From Vicugna vicugna (lineage: Eukaryota), in NCBI GenBank assembly GCA_013265495.1, contig MU057744.1, forward strand, positions 620,001 through 682,000: DNA of 62,000 nucleotides, given 5' to 3'. The notes below the pieces were generated by a model, which had not been told where the DNA came from, searched no databases, and was given only the letters and a program-made list of their open reading frames with translations. Below are positions 52,978 to 62,000 of the stretch, in pieces. Position 1 is the first letter of the stretch; each line of letters begins with the position of its first letter. The position numbers were made by a program, and so were the translations under genes.

Positions 52978-53117
52978 GCGGGGAGGGTACAGCTCAGTGG
53001 TAGACGTGTGGTTAATGTGCACAAGGTTCTGGGTTCAATCTCCAGTGCCTCCATTAAATAAACAAATAAGAAACAAATAAATAAACCGAATTACCCCTCC
53101 AACAAATAAACAAAAAA
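52978..53117 (+). mobile_element. tRNA-derived SINE (vic-1 type)
   Basis: ggggagggtacagctcagtggtag...ctgggttcaatctccagt; flanks aaacgctct / aaacactct. Confidence 0.88.
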
Positions 53118-53779
53118 CACTCTCCTGAGTCACAGAGTGATATCAAACAGCTTGAAAGCTGAAGCAGATTCCAAAATGCCTGATGTACATTTTCAGTAGC
53201 CGATCATCCTCCCTCAGAGGTCTCAGAGGGAGGTCCTGATTTTGTGGGATAAACAGGTCAGTTAGGGCCACACAAACAGTAAACTAGGTTTTCTCTGAGA
53301 TATTTCCGTCTTGAAGAGACTGTGCGGTTCTGTTACCCTGTTACACCGATACACCAAGTGGGACCCAGGTAGTTTGAAAGGGTTAACTTCATAAAGGTGT
53401 GGTGTTACTTCCATTTATTTAGAATTTATACCCTGCCTAGTTCTGAAAGGGCACAAAAGAGTTTTCCAAATGTAAACATAATAAAAAATAGGGTAATTTA
53501 CAAGATTGAAAATACAATAGGGACTCTGTAAATGGATGAATATAACCAGTTACCTGAGATGAGCTGGTTATTATAGTTGGGCTCTGAATTCAGCCTAGAT
53601 TCCTGGTAACCAGTGCACAAAAGGGAATGAGACAGATACCATAGGTTACTATAGGTCAGACAAAAAAAGAGAAAAGTTTCAATCTTTTATCTGCTCAAGA
53701 TAAATGGTACTAAATTGGCATTAAACTAATGACAGTAAATGCAAGGGAGAATAAGCCATTTATCCCTAAAGAGTTGCTG

Positions 53780-54512
53780 TGGAGGAGAGGGGGCCCTCCT
53801 ACACGGCTGGTGGGAATGAGATTAGGTGCAGTCATTACGGAAAACAGCATGGAGACTCCTTAAACTAAAAATAGAGTTACCCTACGATCCAGCAACTCCA
53901 CTCCTGGGCATATATATAGAGAGAGAAAGCTCTAATTTTAAAAGATACCTGCACCCCAGTGCTCACAGCAGCACTATTTACAACAGCCCAGACATGGAAA
54001 CAACCTAAATATCCATTGACAGATGACTAGATAAAGAAGGTGTGGTATATATACACAGTGAAATGCTACTCAGCCACAACAAGAATGAAATCACGCCATT
54101 TGCAGCAGTGAAGATGGACCTAGAGATTGTCATACTAAGTGCAGTAAGTCAGAGAAAGACAAATATCATATGTCACTTATATGTAGAATCTAAAAATATG
54201 ACACAAATGAACTTATTTACAGAACAGAAACAGACTCACAGACATAGAAAACAAACATGGTTCTCAAAGGGGAAAAGGGAGGGGGAGGGATAAACTGGGA
54301 GCTTGGGATTAGCAGATACAAACTACTGCGTGCAGAATAGATGAACAACAAGGTCCTACTGTACAGCACAGGGAACTATATTCAGTAACTTGTATTAACA
54401 TGTAGTGAAAAACAATATGAAAAAGAATATTTATGTATAACTGAACCACTATGCTGTATACCAGAAACTAACACAACATTGCAAACCAACTGTACTTCGA
54501 TGAAAAATAAAA
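53780..54512 (+). mobile_element. LINE-1 3' fragment
   Basis: Peptides LKIELPYDPATPLLGIY and PFAAVKMDLEIVILS, 3'UTR, and imperfect flanking repeats aaagagttgctgt / aaagagttattgt. Confidence 0.9.
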
Positions 54513-54929
54513 GAGTTATTGTACTCTTTAAAACAGATCAACAGGAAAACATAAGCCGCATTAACTATTTCCCTGTTTATAGGTTGTCTACTATTATTAT
54601 TAGAGCTGAGAGAAGGACACGTTAGAACATGTCAGAGGTACAGGGAGGGGTGCAGCAGAGAGAAAAGTTCAAGCAGCTATTTTGCACAAGCCTTCAGTAC
54701 CTGTTCATGCAGTTTGGAAGGGCTGAGAAATCAGTTGGATAAGAAAGACATGAGGGTTACCCCCTGCTGGGGTGGCTCAGAGGGCACCACCTACAGAGAG
54801 GACCGACAAACTCAGTTAACCTTCTTCCTAAGGGGGCTTGTTTCTTGATTCTTAGAACCACCATCCCACCTCCCCACCTCCCCACCCTCTAGAATCCTTT
54901 CTTGCTATATAAAAAGGGAGATTTCTTTG

Positions 54930-55180
54930 GCACCTCCTCAAAAAGTTAAACATGGAATTACCAACAACTCCACTTCTGGGTATAGACCCAAAAGAACTGA
55001 AAGCAGGGACTCAAACAGATATTTATACACCCATGTTCACGACAGCATTATTCCCAATGGCCAAAAGGTGGGAGGAACTGAAGCATGAATGGATATTGAT
55101 GGATAGATGAATAGATAAACAAAATGTGGCATATCCACACAATGGAAAGATATTCAACCTTGAAAAGAAAGGACATTCTG
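54930..55180 (+). mobile_element. L1MB-like fragment abutting an LTR
   Basis: cctcaaaaagttaaacatggaattacc...gacccaaaagaactgaaagcagggactcaaacagata. Confidence 0.8.
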
Positions 55181-55181
55181 G

Positions 55182-55739
55182 TGAAAAGAATGACACAGCC
55201 ATTGAGGGTAAGAAAAAAACTGTTTAGAACCAACTAGGCCCAAGATGGCAGACGATTCAACTCCCAGTAGACCTTGAGCCTCATTATAGGCTCGCTGTAA
55301 CACACCAGCTGCTAAATGACACCCCCACAGGTGCCAGGTCAGTTCCCTGGCTGGCTGGGAAAGGCCAAGCAGTGGGGGTGGGGCCCAATTCCTGCAAATC
55401 CCCACCCCTTCCCCTTCCCCAAAACAGTTGGAATAATATTCCCACTTGTTAGCGTATGAAATTACCCAGTTCGTAAAAACCAACCACGCCCTCACCCGGG
55501 GGCCACTCTCACTTTCCTAGATGACCCCATGCGCTGGGGCTGCTCCCTCTTCTGCAATGGACCCCATTCTGTCTATGGAATGTGTATCTCTATAAGTAAA
55601 CTTGTTTTCACTGTACTGTGGCTTCTCTTGAATTCTTTCCTGTGAGAAGCCAAGGACCCTCACCCGGTGGGGAGCACCCCAGGAGCGCACCCCAGGCCTG
55701 GGACACAGCCATTCTCTCCTGCCCAGTTTCCCTGCAGCA
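55182..55739 (+). mobile_element. MER41-like ERV1 solo LTR
   Basis: Ordered blocks caagatggc, ctcattata, gacacccccac, gaataat...cttgttagcgtat, agtaaacttgttttcactgtact and tgaattctttcctgtgagaagccaaggaccct match the MER41 layout. TG...CA ends are approximate and no TSD was found. Confidence 0.75.
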
Positions 55740-57799
55740 GTAGCACTGCTACAAGCCGCCCTCCCCCATCCACCCACTTTATCCTCACCAGCCACTCAGC
55801 CCGCAGGCTCGGTCCCACCACAGTCCCCATCAAGGAGGCCACCTGTAGAACGTGGCCTCTGCTTCCCTGCAGCCCCTTCCCCTCAACCTTTCCCCAAATT
55901 TCCCTGAGCGTCAGGATGCACAGAGCCCTCTGGGAGCTTCCCGTCCCTGTTACACTCCAGGTCGGCAGGCCAGAGCCCCGAGGCTCAGTGCTCTCTGTAG
56001 GCGAGGCGATCGCCCTGCCACGTGGCGTGTTCTGGAAGGAGAATGCCCACTGAAAGCCAGGAAGGCTAAGTCCTCAGCACGCTAGCTGCGCACCCGGGCC
56101 ACCGCCCGCCCCACAGGGCCCCACATCGGGAGGGGGAAAGGGCCCAGGCTCTGAGGGCTCCTCGTTTTGCTCCTGAGGCCCAAGTATCTCCCTTAGGTCG
56201 AAAGGTCATTAGAAGGGCGATGGCGCCGAGACCTCATTCATCTGTTTATTTAATGAGCCCCCTGCGTGTCTGTTTATAAAAAAGCAACTGTGAAAACGGG
56301 GATCCCCAGAGGCTCTGAGAGGGGCAGCAGAGACAGCCCACCACACAGGGCTGGGCAAGGCTGTACAAGGCCTTCCAGGAGACTGAGAAAGGGGAAGTGG
56401 CTGGTCAAAGTCTCTGGGGAAGATAAATAGGCTTCTCAGTTATCCTCTGACCTGCAGACACTGTTCTTTTGTCAAGAGAAACAGACCGTCCAGGCTTTGG
56501 GCTCCTGAATGTGAACCAGGAAAGCGGGGTTCGGGGTGGGGGTGTCTCCTAAACCCTCCCCCACGCAATGCGTGCGATGCCAGATTCAGAGGTAAAAGGA
56601 CTGCAAACACCAGTTGCTTATTTGCGCTTTTTCTAAAATTAACACAAAAAAGAGAAGACGCACAGGAGGGGAAGTAGGAATGGGGACAGAGAGGAGTTTG
56701 GACTAAGCCCCCCCGCTCCCATCCCCTCACTTCAGCCTTCAGGGCTGATGACCCTAACCTGGAACACAGGGACACTCGGGTTCACGCCGAAGTAAATATT
56801 TGAGGTGACATGCTTTTGTTTTCTCTACTAGCTCAACTAATTTCTCTTGAAAATTCTACAAGGTGTGCTGGACTGTGAAATTTGTTTCCTAGCACGGATA
56901 CCAAGAAGCACAGTATTTTAAAGAAGGATCATTACGGATTTTATGTCACAATTTCATGATACATAAAACTAAGTGATGGAGTTCTACTTTATTGGGGGTA
57001 AAAAGCCACTTTCACAGTTTTACTAACAACCAGGACCATTATTATTTATGTTTTCAAGTGGAAATGGATTGTCCCACTTTTTGCTCCGGTGTGTGGTGCA
57101 AGGAGCTGTGGGCCTGTGAGCCTGGAGACCTGTAACCAGATATCTGACAGTAAATGAGAAGGGAAACCCCTGCAGGTGATCGTGAAGAGGCTGTAGTCAA
57201 TGTTGTTCATAAAGCTGGAGAGCCAAGTGGACAGAGGCAAAGACAAAATCCACGTGACCAGTAAATACATATTCCATCCACTACGTAATGATGAAGGCAC
57301 CATGATTAATGATGTTAAATGAGAAATGTTGCTCTCACAGATTATTGGCCAAAGAAATTCTCCCCAGAGATGGTTAATATTGAAATTGATTGAATATTTA
57401 TGGGGCTGCCAGCTTCTGAATTAGAAGGGTCTGTGTATTCTATTCTGAATAATTTTCAGAAAGGAGCTTAAGCAAGCTTCCCAGGTAACCATCGCGATGC
57501 CTAAAGAGCCTGATGGTGCGTGAGCTTTTCCTTTTATTGACTCCACTGCTAACTTGGCTCTAAATCTCATGAGATGGGCCGAAAGGGCGTGGGTTTAGAT
57601 ATGAGCCTGTCCTGGCTTTGCCTCCTCCCATTTTGGGTGTGTACCGGAGCGAGGTAAAAATTACCCTCCTTTCCCAGGGCCCCATCTCTCAGTAAGAATA
57701 ACAAAAATGCTTACAGCTAGTGTCCATATTTACATTCATCTAGTTTCTTCAAATGGCACTCAGTCTCAAGGTGTACGGGGGCAGGGGAAGGTCAAAAAT

Positions 57800-58300
57800 A
57801 TTAATTCATTCAGTATTTACTTCCTAAGTGCCTGTGAAGTGCCAGGCCCTATATTAAGCACTCAGGATTCAAAGATGAATAAGATACATTTCCCAGCTTC
57901 CAGGAGCTCACAGTCTAGGGAGAGGAGTGCATAACTGTAATATTCTGTAGCAGGGGCAATGATTTGCTGCATGAAAGACAAAGACAGTCTCCCAGAGGAA
58001 GGAGATCTAATTCATTTTGAGGGAGAGAGGAAGGTCTGGCCAGGCTTTCTGGAGGACATGCCATTGGACGGGAGCCAGGTAAAGGGGAGGAAGGCATTAC
58101 CAGCACAGGGAACTGCATGACCCCAGACATGGAACCAACATTCCGTGGACATGGAAACCATGAGCACTGTAGTGCTGCTAGAGAATAAAGGGCAAGCCAG
58201 ACAGTGCTGAGAAATAAGTCAGAGAGATGAGCCCGGGCCTGATGGGGAGGTTACCGAGTCATGGTTAGAAGCCATGGTTTAAGCAGGAAGATGTCCCTGA
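57800..58300 (-). mobile_element. LINE-2 3' part
   Basis: attcattcagtatttac...gtgccaggcc...aggagctcacagtctagggg. Confidence 0.7.
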
Positions 58301-58399
58301 AAGTTTTGATGGGGGGAGGGGGCGGTGGAGTGGGGAGGTGGTGGACTTGAGAGGACTCATCCATCTGGAGGCAGGGAGACCAGGTGAATTTGATGAGGC

Positions 58400-59300
58400 T
58401 CTGACCTGGGGCGGAGGTACCAGAGAGAGCGGTTTGGGAGTCACCACTCCTCGGAGAGCATGTGAAACACAAGGAGCGGCGAGCCAAGGATGGGGTCCAG
58501 CCTTTGTCCTCACCGGGAGTGGGAGAAAGGTGGATGTAGTTAGCATTTCCCACCCCAGCCCCGCAGCCACCTGCTTTTCCGGGCCTGTTAATCTTGTTCG
58601 CACGGCCTGCAGGTCTCACCTAGACTTGCGTAACCACCTCTAACAGCTAGTAACAGCCGTCATTCACTGAGCACTTACTGCGCACTACGGACATTCTAAG
58701 CGCTTTGCCTGCGGGAGTCCTTCACTCCGCACAAGAGCCCCACGAGGCTGGGGGTGGGATGGAAGCGCCGCCCAGGCGAGCGACGTGCCCCAGGGCGGAC
58801 GCTTAACGAGGCGGGGAGCCGCCGCGGGGCGGGTCCTCCCGCAGGAGGGGAGGGGCGGCCGCGCCTGCGGGTCCTTCGTCAATCAGATGCAAAGCTCTTT
58901 CTTCGATTTTCTCTGCCTTTCTCGTAGAGACAGAAAAAGGCAGCTGCAGTGTTGCTGGTTAACATTTCTGGGCCCTAAAGAGTTACTGAAGGGAGAAAAA
59001 ACTCTGTATTGAGATCTACATTCTCAGGAGCCTTATCATGAATTATTTCGGTTTCTCTCTTAAGTGCTAGCGTTCAAAACTGAAAACCGCTGCCGACTGT
59101 GGCAGGGCACCATCATTCTGATGTGCGCACAATTCCTATGAACGTCCTTCGTCTAAGAATGTGCGTATTAGCGAAGAGAGAGAGAGAGATCACGTGACTG
59201 ACGGGGCGGGGCTCTCAGGCGTCATAGCGACTCCGCCTTGAATGGGCCACTTGTGGGCCCAGCAAAGCTCTGGGGGCCTTCCGCTCGCTCTCTTGGTGAT
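58400..59300 (-). promoter_or_regulatory. CpG-rich candidate distal/alternative LYST promoter and first exon
   Basis: CpG-rich. ATCACGTGAC (CLEAR-like E-box) at 59189-59198 sits next to the perfect GC box GGGGCGGGGC at 59203-59212. A minus-strand donor TAG|GTGAGA has its GT at 58618-58619. Confidence 0.6.
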
Positions 59301-59325
59301 TTCTAAGGTTCAGTAGTATGTATAT

Positions 59326-59480
59326 GTATTTTATTTATTTTATTTATTTTATTTTATTTTATTTTATTTGTGGGGGGTAGGTAATTAAGATTATTTATTT
59401 ATTTAACAGAAATACTGGGAATTGAACCCAGGACCTCGCATGCTAAGCACACGCTCTACCCCTGAGCTCTACCCTCCCCT
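59326..59480 (-). mobile_element. tRNA-derived SINE (vic-1 type) with (TTTTA)n tail
   Basis: Antisense head gggaattgaacccaggacctc...ctgagctctaccctcccc; sits immediately distal to the candidate upstream promoter. Confidence 0.88.
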
Positions 59481-59911
59481 CTTCAAGAGTATATCCTAAA
59501 ACACTTTGTGTAGCAAAGAACTTTGTTACATAGTTTTGTTACCTGGTGTCACTATGTAGTTTGAGGGGAACAGATCCAAGACTCACTTTATCAGCTGGTC
59601 ATTTTATAGAGAGCTTTTTCTTTACATTTTCAGTAATGTTCTATTTTCTAAAGTTAGATCCAAAGCTGCATAGTGTTGACCTGTTATAAAGCAAAGGAAA
59701 AATACACAATGCTAGGAACATGAACCATTTATTGGTGTGTCAGTGAAGGTATAGAAACATTCCAGAACTCATATACTTGCTGGTATGAGTGTAAACAAGA
59801 GTTCTGTTTTAATTTAGAAGTAAGGCTTTATTGACAAAAACAGACGGCTACCCACAGGCCACAGTTTGTCAGTTTGATTTAAAAAAAAAATACTGCAGTA
59901 AAATATGATCT

Positions 59912-62000
59912 AGCTGAAAGCTTTGCCTCTAAGATCAGAAACAAGACAAGGATGCACCCTCTTGCCACTTTTATTCAACGTAGTGTGAGAAGTTCTAGCC
60001 AGGAAAATTAAGCTGGACAAAGAAATAAAAGGCATCCAAACCAGAAAGGAAAAAGTCGAACTGTCTCTTGGCAGATGACATGAGATTATATATTTTAAAA
60101 TCCCTAAAGGTTCCACCCAAAAAACTGTTAGAACTGATAAACAAATTCAGTGAAACTGCAGGATACAAAATCAATACACAGAAATCAGTTGCATTTCTTA
60201 CACTAACAACAAACTATTGGAAAGAGAAATTAAGAAAACAACCCTACTTACAAGTGCATCAAAAAGAGCAAAATACCTAGGAATAAATTTAACCAAGGAG
60301 GAGAAACACCTGTATACTGAAAACTATAAGACACTGATGAAAGAAATTGATGGAAATAAATGGAAACAAATAAATTGAAAGATAGTCCATGCTCACAGAT
60401 TGGAAGAATTAATGTTATTTAAATGTCCATAGTACCCAAGTATTCTACAGATTCAATGCAAGATCCTTTTCAAAATTCCAATGGCATTTTTTTCACAGAA
60501 ATAGAACAGACAATCCTAAAGTTTGTATGGAACCACAAAAAGACCCTGAATAGCTGAAGCCAACTAGAGAAAGAAGCACAAAGCTGGAGGCATCACATTT
60601 CCTGATTTCAAACTATATTACAAAGCTCTAGTAATCAAAACAGTATGGTACTGACATAAAATCAAGCACATAGATCAATGGAACAGAATAGACAGCCCAG
60701 AAAGAAACTCACACAATATGGTCAATTAATTTACTACAAAGGAGCCAAGAATATACCATGGGGAAGGGACAGTCTCTTCAATAAATAGTGTTGGGAAAAC
60801 CAGACAGCCACATGCAAAAGAATGAACATGGACCACTAAATTAATCACACCCCAAAATCAACTCAAAATGAATTAAAGACTTGAACACAAGACCTAAAAC
60901 CATAAAATTCCTGAAAGAAGACATAGGTGGTAAGCTCCTTGATGTTGGTCTTGGTGATGAGTTTTTTGGATTTGACACCAAAAGCAAAAGCAACAAAAGC
61001 AAAAATTAACAAGTGGGATGACATCAAACTAAGTAGCTTCTGCAGAGCAAAGGAAATCATCAACAAAATGAAAGTGCAACCCAATGAATGAGAGAAAATA
61101 CTTGCAAGTCAGATATCTGATAAAGAGGTCATATCCAAAATATATAAAGAACACATACAACTTACTAACAACAATAAAAACCCCAAACAGTCCAATTAAA
61201 AATGGGCAGAATAGACCTTTTTCCAAAGAAGACACACAAATGGTCAATAGGCACATGAAAAGGTGCTCAACATCACTAATCGTCAGGGAAATGTACGTCA
61301 AAACCACAGTGAGATATCGCATTCCTGTTAAAATGGCTATTATTAAAAAGGAAAGAAATAACAAGATTTGGCAAGGAGAAAAGGGAGCCCTTGTGTACTG
61401 TTGGTGGGAATGTAAATTGGTGCAGCTGCTATGGAAAACAGTATGGAGGTTCCTCAACAAATTAAACCTAGAACTAGCATATGATCCAGCAGTCCCACTC
61501 CTGGGTATTTATCTGAAGGAAATAAAAATACTAACTTGAAGAGACATGCACTGCCCCCGCCATGTTCATTACAGCATTATTTTCAATAGCCAAGACATAG
61601 AAGCAACCTAAGTGTCCACTGGTGGATGAACAGATGAAGAAAATGTAGTATACATGTACAATGGGATGCTAGCCATGGGAACGGAGGAGGTTCTTCCATT
61701 TGCAACAACGTGGACGGACCTGAAGGGCGTCCTGTTCAGTGAAGTAAGTCAGACAGAGAAAGACAAGTACCGTATGATCTCACTTATCTGGGGAGTCTAA
61801 AAAACAAAACACCCCGAACAAAAACCTCATTGGTACAGATGTGGGGGTGGGTGGGCAAAATGGCTGAAGGGAGTCAAAAAGGAGAAATCTCGCTGTAAAA
61901 TAAATATGTCCTGGGGATGTAATGGACAGCCTGGGACTAGAGTTAATAATAATTCAAGTATTGTAAACTTGAAAGTTGCTAATAGATCTTAAAAGTTCTC
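59912..62000 (+). mobile_element. Older LINE-1 (L1MA-like): RT-to-C-terminal ORF2 remnants and 3'UTR, runs off the window
   Basis: Peptides ADDMRLY, LLELINKFSETAGYKINTQKSVAF and [14 protein letters not shown] with many frameshifts; 3' end aaagttgct...gatcttaaaagttctc. Confidence 0.92.

Noticed and set aside
48201..57261. Shared 15-mer aatccacgtgaccag containing an E-box at 48201-48215 and 57247-57261
   Set aside because: About one to two chance 15-mer matches are expected in 62 kb, and the flanks do not align.
57050..57420. Coding-looking unique stretch, possible pseudogene
   Set aside because: The frame I translated has several stops and no recognisable protein; it would need a BLASTX/TBLASTX hit.

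Overview
Mammalian genomic DNA containing the 5' end of LYST (lysosomal trafficking regulator, Chediak-Higashi/beige gene) on the minus strand. The host is most likely a camelid, inferred from tRNA-derived vic-1-type SINEs and the L1 3' ends. Three coding exons splice in frame: 11155-11346, 4064-4154 and the giant 300-2382 exon; the gene continues off the left edge. A non-coding first exon lies in a CpG-island promoter at about 35.3-36.8 kb. A second CpG-rich candidate promoter with a CLEAR/E-box lies at about 58.4-59.3 kb. The rest is intronic or upstream DNA rich in L1, L2, MIR, SINE, LTR and DNA-transposon relics, plus a full-length RPL29 processed pseudogene. I found no prokaryote-type system and no novel protein-coding gene. 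The most unusual signals are: a run of 32 consecutive GC-ending codons inside LYST plus several GC-enriched ancient repeats (possible GC-biased gene conversion scars); a candidate 5'UTR exon whose uORF stop overlaps the LYST start codon; a 120-bp templated insertion flanked by a 10-bp direct repeat; an apparently perfect 1.1-kb tandem duplication; and a MER41-like LTR near the distal promoter. Repeat family names come from recalled consensus sequences, and old-repeat boundaries are approximate.
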